Part shown: in pieces, positions 8,833 through 18,760 of the stretch | How the letters are laid out: the number at the start of each line of letters is the position of its first letter | How positions within the stretch are numbered: position 1 is the first letter of the stretch | Source of the DNA: an uncultured virus (IMG/VR IMGVR_UViG_3300021087_000006) | Taxonomy: Duplodnaviria; Heunggongvirae; Uroviricota; Caudoviricetes | Length of the DNA: 64,000 nt | Virus record (IMG/VR): IMGVR_UViG_3300021087_000006 | Direction: 5' to 3' (one strand) | Notes under the pieces: generated by a model | The model's input: only the letters and a program-made list of their open reading frames with translations | Databases searched by the model: none | Told to the model about the DNA's origin: nothing | Made by a program: the position numbers and the translations under genes

Positions 8833-11800
8833 AGAGGCTCGCGGCGGTTGTTATCGCCGGAGCACTCCTCTTTGCAGGGTGTGCTAGTGGCGACGACACA
8901 GAAGAAAATAGTACTACTACAGTAGTAACATCCACGACTTTAACTCCAGATGTGACGGTAGTCCCAGATGTAACGATAGCCCCAGACCAAGACACACCCA
9001 CGGACACGCCCACGCCTGCCCCAGTGGGGCACGCATTGTCATTTACACCTGATGAGGATTCATTCTCTTTTGAAAACTTTGGTGGGGGTGAAGCCCCTGC
9101 CGATTTAACGGTTAATATGGCTCGCCGTTTATATGGTGACGCACAGGTTTGTTCAGATGTTACTGACAGTAAGTGTACGCCTTACCCAGTGATCCTTCAG
9201 TTGATGTCACAGGCAAACAAGTCGATGAGGGGTGGACTTTGTGAGGGATTAGCAGTACTGAGTATGCGACTAGCTGGTGACTTAGAAACATTAACGTCAT
9301 ATCAAGGCACCGACACTGTCGCCCAGTTGATTAAGGAAGACCCAGCACTACTGTCTGAGATTGCCTATTGGTATGTAACCCAGTTTGCAATCGAGGTACA
9401 ACAGGAGGCCGCCGCCTACCTTGATATGTCACCCAAGGAATTAGCCGAGGTTCTGTTGTATGACTTCTCAGAATCCGAGGCTGGAAGAAACCACACAGGT
9501 TTCACTATGGGCATCTATTCAGAGCACGGCGGTCACGCCATTACGCCATACAAGGTGGAACAGGTTGGGGGTGGTTATCGAATATACGTATACGACAGCA
9601 ACTGGCCTAACGCCGAGAGATGGATTGACGTAGACGACGATGGTTGGGTATACGCCCTAGCCGCAACTAACCCAACTGAAGAGGCTGAGGCATGGGGCGG
9701 TGGCACAGGCACCATGGAACTGACACCTATGAGTATTAGAAATGGGCCGTTTACTTGTGGTTTTTGCCCTCAGGAAGGCTCTACCAAATCAGGAACACTA
9801 CTAACAGTTGCCGCATCTGGAAGTAAGCAGATGAGTTTAAAGATAGTAACTGAGAGTGGACAACGTCTTGGGTACTACGACGAAGGGTTTGTTAATGAGA
9901 TACCCGGAGCCACCTACCGTTATTTGATTTCTGGTCCATCCACGTCTGACCCTGTAATGGTTTTCTTGCCACCAGACGTTGAGACCTTTAGTGCTGACGT
10001 AGAAGAGATAGATGTTCCTGCTCCAGATATCTATATAGAAAACCAAGACACCGAAGCGCCGGAGGTAATACTGCCGGAGCAGGAACAAGAAGATAGTACT
10101 CCACAAAAGTTCTCATTACTACTATTGAATGAAGAAAAGTCTGTTCAAATTGAAGCAACAGTTGCAGAGCCTGAACCAGAGCCAGAAGTCGGTGAGGTCG
10201 TAGAGGTGCAGTCACTTATTGCTTTCTCGGAAGAGTCACTAAACATTGCTGAGATCGAGGAGGCTACGGTAGCCATAGCTATTGATGCTCTGGAGATTGA
10301 AGTCGAGTTAGATGAAGGTCAGCAGATAGCTATTGAGTTTGCTCCCGAGCCAGTAAATGTAGACGACCCAGCCCCAGAGATGCTGGACTTGGAGATACAG
10401 AGTAGCGAGGGCGAGGTACTGGCTGAGATTGAAGTTGACGTATCCCTATATGCTGTCGATGCGCCTCCACAAGATGTTGATAATGATAGCCCCATCCCCG
10501 AACCTACACCTCAGCCTGTTCAAATTGAGATTACTTACGACGAAGTATTAAACGAGGTTATACAAGAGGAAGAGGAAATAGGGCAATGGGTAGCATCCGA
10601 TGCGGAGTACTTTCTAGCGGTAGCTGAGGACAGACTGGACGAGGTACTGGGAGACTCTTGGGTTGAGGAGTTTGAGGAAATTGAAGAATGGGAACCTCTG
10701 TTCGAGGAAGATGGCTTCGACTTAACTGAGGTAATACTCAATGTCGATGAAGAATACTGGGAGGACGAACAGTGGGAAGAAATAGATTATGATGAGGAGT
10801 GGTTCGAGGAGCAAGAATTAGAACTTCTAGAACTATTTAATGAAGAGATTGAACTCGAAGAAGTGTTTGAGTTCGTAGACAACATTGATATGGAGGAATA
10901 CTGGGAATGGGAAGAAGAAGATGAGTGGTCCGATTGGGAGACATTTGACGACTGGGAAGAAACTCCAGAAATTATTGAAGAGGAACTCTTTGAAGAGGAG
11001 GACTGGTGGGATGAGCAACCGGAAACGTTGGAAGGCGATGAATGGTTAGAAGAGGAGTGGCTTGAGGAAGAGTGGTTAGTAGAGGAAGTACCGCCAACCA
11101 CTACATGGATGGACGATTGGGATGAAGAAGAACTAGGGCCTATCCCTGAGGACATGCTCGAATGGACAGACGAGGAGTTTGAACTCTTAGAATCTTTCTT
11201 AGAAGAAGTTCCACCAGAGGAAGAAGAATTAGAAGTCTGGGAGCTTGATCCTTTCCTTAATACGGAAGAGGAATGGGAGGAATGGGAAGATGAGTTTTGG
11301 TTCGAGGATTCCGAGATAGAGGATGATTGGATAGAAGATTGGATAGAAGAAGAAACAGACCAAGAGTGGCCAGAGCCTGAACCTGAGCCTGAACCTGAGC
11401 CTGAACCTGAGCCTGAGCCTGAACCAGAGTGGGACAACCCTTACGCAGATTGCATAGGCACAGCCGCTTGTGCTGATGCACCGGGAGGTTTCGACACTTG
11501 GGCGCAATGGGAGTCAGCTAATAATCCTAATTATGTAGCTCCTGAAGTTGGCGATCCTGATTATGTGCCGCCACCACCACCACCACCAGTTTACGTTCCT
11601 GTCTACTGGACTTACTCTGATCCTTTAATCACTAGCCGGTTTAATGACACTACTGAGTCAACAGTCACGACAGTGTTAGCTAGGGGTGAGGATGGGCATT
11701 GGTATGAGACACACACAACTGAAACGACTGTCACAACCACGACTTACACTACTAATGGGACTCAACAGTTCGGTTGTGTAGATAATGCTTGTGCCTCATC

Positions 11801-12440
11801 AGGCACCACTTGGGGTGATGAAACAAGCGTTGAGACTGTAGCGGTGACTACAGCGGCAACAGTTGTTCCAGCTTCTTGTTCGCAAGGTGGTTGGACTGGC
11901 TTGGGTGACTGGTGCATAGTTGATTCCAGTAGTCGAAACGATTACGACCATGTTGCTTTCTCGGTTCCTACTGCCGCTGAAGAAAATATTGCCTGTGATT
12001 GTGAAGATGGTGATGGGCTTATGGACATTCGCATTGATGCAGAATCAAATCTGACACAAGCGCAGTTCGGCTCTAATAACGAACACGCTGATCCTTACAT
12101 CTTTCTGAATCACGACACAGATCCAGACGATGGCGACCATTCAGGAGACATGGATGAGATAACAGTTGGCAATCAGATTCAAGCAAACGATGACAGCGGT
12201 AGAGACTGTGGTAGCACTTGTAACAACCCACCTAGCACCGCCACAGACCCAGATGAAACACCTAACGTAACACTCGCTAACGGTGAGCCAGTTATTGATA
12301 ATGTGTCTGACTCTTGGGACTCTCGTATAACAAGAGAGCTATCAGCAGGCGATTATGTGGTTCGTGCTTCGGTGTATAATAATGCTAATAGCGGATGGTA
12401 TCGCTTGACAATTAGAGATGCGGATGTGACCTACCCATGA
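8829..12440 (+). CDS. Large acidic lipoprotein with putative papain-like (Cys-His-Asp) domain
   Basis: Signal peptide with lipobox LFAG-C; GGLCEG...GGHAI...YDSN triad; E/D/W-rich central region; C-terminal beta-sandwich-like end (LSAGDYVVRAS...GWYRLTI). Confidence 0.7.
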   Translation: MKRLAAVVIAGALLFAGCASGDDTEENSTTTVVTSTTLTPDVTVVPDVTIAPDQDTPTDTPTPAPVGHALSFTPDEDSFSFENFGGGEAPADLTVNMARRLYGDAQVCSDVTDSKCTPYPVILQLMSQANKSMRGGLCEGLAVLSMRLAGDLETLTSYQGTDTVAQLIKEDPALLSEIAYWYVTQFAIEVQQEAAAYLDMSPKELAEVLLYDFSESEAGRNHTGFTMGIYSEHGGHAITPYKVEQVGGGYRIYVYDSNWPNAERWIDVDDDGWVYALAATNPTEEAEAWGGGTGTMELTPMSIRNGPFTCGFCPQEGSTKSGTLLTVAASGSKQMSLKIVTESGQRLGYYDEGFVNEIPGATYRYLISGPSTSDPVMVFLPPDVETFSADVEEIDVPAPDIYIENQDTEAPEVILPEQEQEDSTPQKFSLLLLNEEKSVQIEATVAEPEPEPEVGEVVEVQSLIAFSEESLNIAEIEEATVAIAIDALEIEVELDEGQQIAIEFAPEPVNVDDPAPEMLDLEIQSSEGEVLAEIEVDVSLYAVDAPPQDVDNDSPIPEPTPQPVQIEITYDEVLNEVIQEEEEIGQWVASDAEYFLAVAEDRLDEVLGDSWVEEFEEIEEWEPLFEEDGFDLTEVILNVDEEYWEDEQWEEIDYDEEWFEEQELELLELFNEEIELEEVFEFVDNIDMEEYWEWEEEDEWSDWETFDDWEETPEIIEEELFEEEDWWDEQPETLEGDEWLEEEWLEEEWLVEEVPPTTTWMDDWDEEELGPIPEDMLEWTDEEFELLESFLEEVPPEEEELEVWELDPFLNTEEEWEEWEDEFWFEDSEIEDDWIEDWIEEETDQEWPEPEPEPEPEPEPEPEPEPEWDNPYADCIGTAACADAPGGFDTWAQWESANNPNYVAPEVGDPDYVPPPPPPPVYVPVYWTYSDPLITSRFNDTTESTVTTVLARGEDGHWYETHTTETTVTTTTYTTNGTQQFGCVDNACASSGTTWGDETSVETVAVTTAATVVPASCSQGGWTGLGDWCIVDSSSRNDYDHVAFSVPTAAEENIACDCEDGDGLMDIRIDAESNLTQAQFGSNNEHADPYIFLNHDTDPDDGDHSGDMDEITVGNQIQANDDSGRDCGSTCNNPPSTATDPDETPNVTLANGEPVIDNVSDSWDSRITRELSAGDYVVRASVYNNANSGWYRLTIRDADVTYP
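11370..11429 (+). repeat. (Pro-Glu)10 coding tandem repeat, CCW-GAR units
   Basis: ccagagcctgaacctgagcctgaa...ccagag. Confidence 0.9.
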
Positions 12441-12727
12441 AACATGAGGATGTAAAAATGAAAGTTTGGATCGACCAAGATCTTTGTACAGGGGACGGAC
12501 TATGTGAAGAAATCTGCCCATCGGTTTTTGCTATGGGAACGGATGGTCTTGCCTATGTCAAAGAAGAGAATTGGCCTACGGTGTACAACGATGGAACCAA
12601 CGTCTATGAAGAACCAATACTACAGATGGCAGATGGCTTGGCAACAGTTCCCGGCTCAGATGTTGAAGCAGCCATAGAGGCGGCAGACGAGTGTCCCGGT
12701 GAGTGTATTTTTATTGAAGTATTATAA
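12437..12727 (+). CDS. Single-cluster ferredoxin
   Basis: VWIDQDLCTGDGLCEEICP...AADECPGECI gives CxxDxxC...CP. Confidence 0.9.
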   Translation: MKHEDVKMKVWIDQDLCTGDGLCEEICPSVFAMGTDGLAYVKEENWPTVYNDGTNVYEEPILQMADGLATVPGSDVEAAIEAADECPGECIFIEVL

Positions 12728-12781
12728 TTCCGTAGTGCTAGACTGTATACGTACTTAATTTGGATACTTTAAGGAGTAAAA

Positions 12782-12961
12782 GTGGATAACGAACCAGAAA
12801 TAAGCATCAATCCTCAAACGATCATTAATGAACTTCAGACCCGTGTAAATGGGTTGCAGGGAGAAAACATCGTACTTTCTGCAATGGTGACAGAACTTAA
12901 GGCTCGTGTTGAGGAATTAATCTCAGAGGAGTCTACAGAGGATGGCAACAGCGAGACCTGA
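12782..12961 (+). CDS. Small coiled-coil protein (59 aa, not in ORF track)
   Basis: AAGGAG RBS, GTG start, MDNEPEISINPQTIINELQTRVNGLQGENIVLSAMVTELKARVEELI...; upstream TGC-TAGACT -10. Confidence 0.7.
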   Translation: MDNEPEISINPQTIINELQTRVNGLQGENIVLSAMVTELKARVEELISEESTEDGNSET

Positions 12962-13343
12962 TAAAGGCGAGGCTAAAGGCACCGCTGGTTCAACTGATTT
13001 CACGTTCACTAAGGAACGAGAAAGAGAAGATCAGAGAAAAGTAGCCGCTGGGGAAGAGCCGGGACCGGGATACTTTGAGCCTGTGTATGTAGATAGTTCT
13101 AGAGTAGCAGCTATACGGTATGTCCCATACGATCCGAATGACGCTGAGTCTGGTGTTGGTACCGTTTTTGTAAGGTTTCATAAGTACGACGACCCGTGGG
13201 CCTACTACGATGTGCCTTTTAGCATATACAACGAGTTTGTAACAGCATCTTCAGTTGGTCGCTATATTAACGCTCAGATGAACTCCTATAACTACAACAG
13301 GGCTTCAGAATCAGAAGTAAGCGATTATTTCGCCGGGATGTAG
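12942..13343 (+). CDS. KTSC-domain protein
   Basis: VDSSRVAAIRY...VRF...YYDVP..IY..F..ASSVGRYIN. Confidence 0.8.
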   Translation: MATARPDKGEAKGTAGSTDFTFTKEREREDQRKVAAGEEPGPGYFEPVYVDSSRVAAIRYVPYDPNDAESGVGTVFVRFHKYDDPWAYYDVPFSIYNEFVTASSVGRYINAQMNSYNYNRASESEVSDYFAGM

Positions 13344-13344
13344 T

Positions 13345-13425
13345 ATGTGGTACTGGTTAACTGTAGGGGTATTGATTGTCTTTGGAGTAATGATACTGTA
13401 TACATGGTATGACTACTATAAATAA
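13345..13425 (+). CDS. Possible 26-aa membrane micropeptide
   Basis: MWYWLTVGVLIVFGVMILYTWYDYYK*; starts 1 nt after the upstream stop. Confidence 0.4.
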   Translation: MWYWLTVGVLIVFGVMILYTWYDYYK

Positions 13426-13819
13426 AGTTATTGGGTACAGCCCTTTAGTTGTAGGTTTACTTCTGTTACCAGTACTCCCTTTTATGCGGGGCTGGTTTTT
13501 ACTAGGCTTTTCTATAACTGGTATCATTTGTTGGTGGCTAGTATTGCGAAATACACTGGATTTAGTTCAGGGGGTGGGGCCGATTTATTGGCTTACACGT
13601 CAGACCACCATCAAGAAAGTGGGTGTTCAGAAGTCGTTTATGAGGGAGACAGATTATCCATGGCGAACTGGTAATGGACTACAGTTTGTGGTTCCATTCC
13701 GAACATTCCAAATAGGTATTTGTAAACCATCAGAGCATTACACGGTTGAGTCCGGTCTCCTACATTCACTTGTTGGTCGGCCTCTACCTGAAGATCCAGA
13801 GGAGATTGGCGAATGGTAA
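13409..13819 (+). CDS. Hypothetical membrane protein
   Basis: Two N-terminal hydrophobic segments. Confidence 0.65.
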   Translation: MTTINKVIGYSPLVVGLLLLPVLPFMRGWFLLGFSITGIICWWLVLRNTLDLVQGVGPIYWLTRQTTIKKVGVQKSFMRETDYPWRTGNGLQFVVPFRTFQIGICKPSEHYTVESGLLHSLVGRPLPEDPEEIGEW

Positions 13820-14049
13820 TGAAGTTTTGGCAAGGTGAAAAAGAGCATCCAGTACGCACGTTAGAGCGTCCTTCCCGTGTGACCAAAATGTCCACTAAGG
13901 ACTTACTCGACTGGATGGATTTAGAAATAATGCAACTAGGTCAAGCCTTTGATCAATGGAGGTTTCATAACAATGGTGCAGATGAGGTAAATAATAGGTT
14001 AGATACTCTTGCCACTATGTGGGATGAGTTGTCTGAAAGAAAAGAATGA
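13813..14049 (+). CDS. Hypothetical protein upstream of TerL
   Basis: Coupled ORF, helical composition. Confidence 0.65.
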   Translation: MVMKFWQGEKEHPVRTLERPSRVTKMSTKDLLDWMDLEIMQLGQAFDQWRFHNNGADEVNNRLDTLATMWDELSERKE

Positions 14050-15623
14050 GCACTGAACTTCTAGACACCGAGGAAGTAGAAGACGAGTTTGATGCCGTTG
14101 CTGATATCGACGAGGAGCTAGACGAGGCTTCAGCAGAGTTTGTTTCTGAGTTGTGTAACAAGTTGGTTATTTTTACTGAGGAGTTTTGCGATGTCGCGTT
14201 ATTCCCTTATCAAGTTCCTATCGCCTACCGCTTTATAGAGTCCATTGTTGTAGGAGATGGTGAAGAGCTAACGCTTATAGCCACTAGACAGAGTGGTAAG
14301 TCTGAGGTACTGTCAAACGTCATTGCATCCATGATGGTGATACTTCCAAAGTTGTCAAAGATTTACCCCGTATGGCTGAGTAAATTTGATAAAGGTTTCT
14401 GGTGCGGGGTGTTTGCACCAACCGAGGATCAGGCTGACACAGTTTTTAGTCGGATAGTCAGTAGGTTAACTAGTGACCACGCCATGGAGTTTCTACTAGA
14501 TCCAGAGATTGACGACCGAGCGTCTTCAGGTGGCGCTAGAGGTAAGGGTAAAATACTGTCCCTCAAGAACTCGGGATCTATTTGCCGTATGCAAACCTGC
14601 AACCCAAAGGCAAAGATAGAGTCAAAGACCTACCATTTGGCGGTTGTAGATGAAGCCCAAGAAGCTGATGAGTTTGTTGTCACTAAGTCTATAAAGCCTA
14701 TGCTTGCGTTTAATAACGGATCAATAGTAATGACGGGTACTGCTACGCGTAACAAGTCGTACTTCTACAAGATGATTCAGTTTAATAAACGTCGTGACAT
14801 TGCAAAGAAACGAGGACAGAGACAGTCACATTTTGAGTACGACTGGCGTACTGCTGCCAAATATAATACCAATTACGGCAAGTTTATATCTAAAGAAAAA
14901 GTGCGAATTGGAGAGGATTCCGATGAGTTTCGTATGTCATACCTTAATCACTGGATTCTTGAAAAGGGTATGTTCGTTACGGAGGAGCGCCTAGACAGAC
15001 TCTATGACTCGTCTATGCCACTGGTTACAGAGTGGTGGCGTACCCCTATTGTTATTGGTATTGATGTTGCCCGCTCAAATGACTCAACTGTGGCTACAGC
15101 CGTATGGGTTGACTGGGATCATCCTGATGGGCTTGGTTTCTTTGAGCATCGTGTACTGAATTGGATGGAGTTACACGATACTGACTGGGAATCCCAGTAC
15201 TTTAAGATCGTTGATTTTGTAAGGAATTATGATGTATTACGTGTAGGTATTGATGCTCAAGGAGTAGGTGGAGCAGTAGCGGAACGTCTAGCACTCCTAC
15301 TTCCAGACATGGAGGTTCTACCTTTATCGTCAGATGCCAAAGCCCAGAATGAGAGGTGGGTACATTTGACAGAGTTGATTCAGCGAGATCAGCTTATAAT
15401 ACCGGGGCACTCAAAAGCGAAGCGAACACGTCGTTGGAAGAAGTTTAATCAGCAGATGGTTGACTTAGAGCGTGTTAACCGTGGACCATATCTATTAGCA
15501 GAGGCTCCTGATGAGAGGGGTGCATTTGATGACTACCCAGACAGCTTGGCTTTAGCCTGTCACTTGACAGTTCACGATATTATGCCAACTATCTCAGTTG
15601 CTGAAAATCCCTTCTTTGATTAG
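14046..15623 (+). CDS. terL: Terminase large subunit
   Basis: Walker A ATRQSGKS, Walker B VVDEAQE, motif III MTGT, nuclease GIDVA...DDYPDSLA. Confidence 0.92.
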   Translation: MSTELLDTEEVEDEFDAVADIDEELDEASAEFVSELCNKLVIFTEEFCDVALFPYQVPIAYRFIESIVVGDGEELTLIATRQSGKSEVLSNVIASMMVILPKLSKIYPVWLSKFDKGFWCGVFAPTEDQADTVFSRIVSRLTSDHAMEFLLDPEIDDRASSGGARGKGKILSLKNSGSICRMQTCNPKAKIESKTYHLAVVDEAQEADEFVVTKSIKPMLAFNNGSIVMTGTATRNKSYFYKMIQFNKRRDIAKKRGQRQSHFEYDWRTAAKYNTNYGKFISKEKVRIGEDSDEFRMSYLNHWILEKGMFVTEERLDRLYDSSMPLVTEWWRTPIVIGIDVARSNDSTVATAVWVDWDHPDGLGFFEHRVLNWMELHDTDWESQYFKIVDFVRNYDVLRVGIDAQGVGGAVAERLALLLPDMEVLPLSSDAKAQNERWVHLTELIQRDQLIIPGHSKAKRTRRWKKFNQQMVDLERVNRGPYLLAEAPDERGAFDDYPDSLALACHLTVHDIMPTISVAENPFFD

Positions 15624-15671
15624 TGGTAGAATATACGAGAGATACTTATAAGTTATCCTTCGGAGGATCTA

Positions 15672-16103
15672 ATGGCTAATGTAATGAATCCAACTGTTGC
15701 CCCGGCCCCTCAGTTCCCGGAACGCGGCCCAGAGGTGGGCAGCCACGGGTTTGAGAGGACGCTTGGGCCAGATGTACCTATGCAGCGTGGACCGCTGCGG
15801 TTTGAAGAGGGTGTTGCTACCGACACTGACGTACCAAACGATTTCGCAATCGGAGCGTACTCTGACACTTCATCCGCTCCGGGTCGCCCTAATCACAACA
15901 ATCCAGACATGGTATACAAACCAGCCGAAGTCACGATGCAAGAGCGAGCCCACGTTGGGTCTGCTTCATGGATCGAGGCACCGTCTGTACTTGGAGAGTT
16001 TGTTCAGGGTGTTGTTGCAGGTGATGGGATGCCTCAATTTGAGCGCTCCTTTAACTCTGGTGCACACATGAATCGTCCAAGCGCCGTTCGCGTAAACGAC
16101 TAG
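15672..16103 (+). CDS. Hypothetical phage protein
   Basis: GGAGG RBS; upstream TGG-TAGAAT -10. Confidence 0.7.
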   Translation: MANVMNPTVAPAPQFPERGPEVGSHGFERTLGPDVPMQRGPLRFEEGVATDTDVPNDFAIGAYSDTSSAPGRPNHNNPDMVYKPAEVTMQERAHVGSASWIEAPSVLGEFVQGVVAGDGMPQFERSFNSGAHMNRPSAVRVND

Positions 16104-16129
16104 TCCGACCTATTTAGTTAGGTTCGGCC

Positions 16130-16996
16130 GTGCCGTACGACATAACTAGCGGTCAACAATTTAGAGCAGTTTCCAATCGTATGACTACGATGGGGTTGCA
16201 TTTACCTGACTCAACAGTGGAGGAGGGTATTAACTGGTTTCCGTCAGTACATGAGGCCGTTAAAAAACAGGCATCAAACATAGGTATAACGCCATCTCAA
16301 GGCGCTGGTATTGTCGCCGCTGTATCGCCAAACATGGACTTTGAAGCTCGTAATATAAAAGCTCTTGACGAAATACAAAATATACCTGCTGAAGGTTGGG
16401 ATATGGTGCGGGCTGGTAAAGTTAAGGCACCTGACGGTCGAAGCATCCAGCGACGACTACCAGAGACTAGCGCCATGCTCTCTGAAGTAGCTCCTTCATT
16501 AGTATCAGCCTATGACACTAGTCTTTTGAGGGCTGAAAGGATACTAGGTGGACAACCATGGAGAGAAGTTATACCAATAAGTACCTCTCCTAAAACTCAT
16601 AAGTTTGCTGAAAACATAGAAGACCCCACCTCCACCTCAGTAACTATTGATGGTAGAGCCGCTGATATTGTTGCTAACCAGCGAAGGGGATGGAAAGATG
16701 ACCGTGGTATAAGTACGGCTAATCTAGTCTCCGGTAAAGAAAGCAGGTACGAGAGGCATGAGCGTGCCTACCAATCCACCACTTCGGAACTGAGTCAACA
16801 GGACACAAGGTTCACTGGTGTGACACCTAAAGATGTACAAGCTGTACTGTGGGTGGGGGGTAGAGGTGTAGAAAGGTCGCAACCAACTAAGAGTGGTGGT
16901 CAGCGAAAAGTTGGAGAAGCTAGAGTAGGTCAACCGTACGTCACCCCCGGTGGTAAACCTTTAAAACGTGATTCAAGATTTTGGGAGAAAGCATGA
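16130..16996 (+). CDS. Phage protein with HhH-glycosylase-like motifs (DUF7178-like)
   Basis: GIVAAVSP...PKTHKFAENI...VTIDGRA...AY...P..VQAVLWV. Confidence 0.5.
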   Translation: MPYDITSGQQFRAVSNRMTTMGLHLPDSTVEEGINWFPSVHEAVKKQASNIGITPSQGAGIVAAVSPNMDFEARNIKALDEIQNIPAEGWDMVRAGKVKAPDGRSIQRRLPETSAMLSEVAPSLVSAYDTSLLRAERILGGQPWREVIPISTSPKTHKFAENIEDPTSTSVTIDGRAADIVANQRRGWKDDRGISTANLVSGKESRYERHERAYQSTTSELSQQDTRFTGVTPKDVQAVLWVGGRGVERSQPTKSGGQRKVGEARVGQPYVTPGGKPLKRDSRFWEKA

Positions 16997-17256
16997 CAGA
17001 AGCATGGGCAATCGTAATAGCCGCATCCGTAACTGGAGTCTTTGGACTACTGGGTATGTTTCTAAATAGATTTAGGGCAGAAAACCGCAGAGATCATGCT
17101 GTTGTGTCTGAAAAGTTAAATGACATAAAGCACATGGTGCAAGGTGTTAAGATGACTGTTAACCAGAATGGTGAGAAACTCACTGACCACTTAAAGTGGC
17201 ACGATGACACTAAGCCTAAAAAGAAAACAGGGAAGAAGTCAACGACTAAAAAGTGA
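16993..17256 (+). CDS. Small membrane protein (N-terminal TM plus coiled coil)
   Basis: WAIVIAASVTGVFGLLGMFL followed by a coiled coil; ATGA overlap at 16993. Confidence 0.7.
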   Translation: MTEAWAIVIAASVTGVFGLLGMFLNRFRAENRRDHAVVSEKLNDIKHMVQGVKMTVNQNGEKLTDHLKWHDDTKPKKKTGKKSTTKK

Positions 17257-17316
17257 GACACACACCTGAAGGTGCTGTGTCGTGTAAGATATGTAGTAGC
17301 AGAAGGAGTACTTGCG

Positions 17317-17625
17317 GTGGGAAAAGAACAGACCCCAGTCACATTAGTTGAAGCACTTGCTACACCACTTCGTGACCCAAGGCCAAAGGAATGCTTATAT
17401 TCCCGTGTTCGTGGTGAGTTATCCAAAGAGGAACAGCAGGCGCTAGACAGAGCATTGGAGAAAGTGCGTTCTGACAATAACAATGGTCAACGTAAAGTTT
17501 ATTCCACAGGCTGGTTATCTAGTGTTTTGACCATGCAAGGTTATCCCATATCTGCTGCAACTATTCAACGACATGTACGACAGGTGTGTAATTGCCACAC
17601 CGGAAAGACGGCGGATGACGAATGA
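17317..17625 (+). CDS. Hypothetical HTH/Zn-binding protein
   Basis: AAGGAG RBS and GTG; C...ISAATIQRHVRQVCNC. Confidence 0.6.
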   Translation: MGKEQTPVTLVEALATPLRDPRPKECLYSRVRGELSKEEQQALDRALEKVRSDNNNGQRKVYSTGWLSSVLTMQGYPISAATIQRHVRQVCNCHTGKTADDE

Positions 17626-18760
17626 AAGTAAATTATCTAAGCATTTAGATAAGGGACCACCAAAGCAAGCACTGGGAAAACTATCGGAGTTACTTGAACG
17701 TCAGGGTATAGAGATAGAAGACATTGGAGAAATCAAGAAGGTTTCTTTATACCAGTCACTAACAAAGGACGCTGAGGGCGATGCACAAATACATGACCTT
17801 GTGGGTATACAAATATCTCCGGCGTGGGAAGCGGGACCGCAATGGCCGGTCATCGAACCCGGCCCCACAATCAAACTTCCCAAGAGTACTACCGCCAAGA
17901 AGAAATCGAAGTTAAAGGATTGTGTTGTTCTTCCTGACATGCAGATTGGGTACTTTCGCACAAAGGACGGCGATCTAGAACCTACACATGATGAATCCGC
18001 TATCTGTCTGTCGCTATCCATGGTTAGGGATATCAACCCAGAGTTGGTAGTACTTGTGGGGGATAACCTAGACTTACCAGAGCTTGGCAAGTATAGGGTT
18101 ACTCCGGCTTTCCAACAAACCACCCAAGCCTCTATAGATAGAGCAACTGAGATATGTGCCGCTTTAAGAGAGGCCGCACCTAACGCTGAGATTAAGTGGC
18201 TCGCTGGTAATCATGAGGAGAGGCTTACTAACTTTATGTTAGATAATGCAACTGCGGCGTTCGGTATACGAGTGGGCACACGGCCAGAGAGTTGGCCTGT
18301 GCTTAGTGTACCCAGTCTATGTAGATTAGATGATTTTGATATTGAATATCTAGCTGGATACCCCGCCTCGTGTGTTTGGATAAACGAGCACATAAAGGTT
18401 ATACATGGTGACTTAGTTAGGTCTGGTGGAAGTACAGCACATGCCTACTTAAACAGGGAGAAGGTGTCAGTCCTATACGGGCATATACATAGACGTGAAT
18501 GGGCGGAGATGACAAGGGAAGATTATGATGGACCCCGAACAGTCGTAGCCGCATCACCCGGATGCCTTGCTCGTATTGACGGTGCAGTACCTTCTGTTAA
18601 GGGTGGCACCGACCTAGATGGTCGTCCTCTTAGTCGTCATGAAAACTGGCAACAGGGTTTATGTGTAGTCCAGTATGAAGAAGGCGATGGTAAGTTCAAC
18701 ATAGAGATGGTTACAATAAGAGATAACTGGGCTATCTACCGAGGTCAAGAGTACTGCTAA
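17615..18760 (+). CDS. Calcineurin-like metallophosphoesterase
   Basis: PDMQ, GDNLD, GNHE, HGD and GHIH motifs. Confidence 0.85.
   Translation: MTNESKLSKHLDKGPPKQALGKLSELLERQGIEIEDIGEIKKVSLYQSLTKDAEGDAQIHDLVGIQISPAWEAGPQWPVIEPGPTIKLPKSTTAKKKSKLKDCVVLPDMQIGYFRTKDGDLEPTHDESAICLSLSMVRDINPELVVLVGDNLDLPELGKYRVTPAFQQTTQASIDRATEICAALREAAPNAEIKWLAGNHEERLTNFMLDNATAAFGIRVGTRPESWPVLSVPSLCRLDDFDIEYLAGYPASCVWINEHIKVIHGDLVRSGGSTAHAYLNREKVSVLYGHIHRREWAEMTREDYDGPRTVVAASPGCLARIDGAVPSVKGGTDLDGRPLSRHENWQQGLCVVQYEEGDGKFNIEMVTIRDNWAIYRGQEYC

Noticed and set aside
10787..11507. Ser-rich and (RLRF)/(QAQV)-repeat minus-strand ORFs
   Set aside because: Antisense shadows of the Glu-rich and (PE)n region of the lipoprotein gene.
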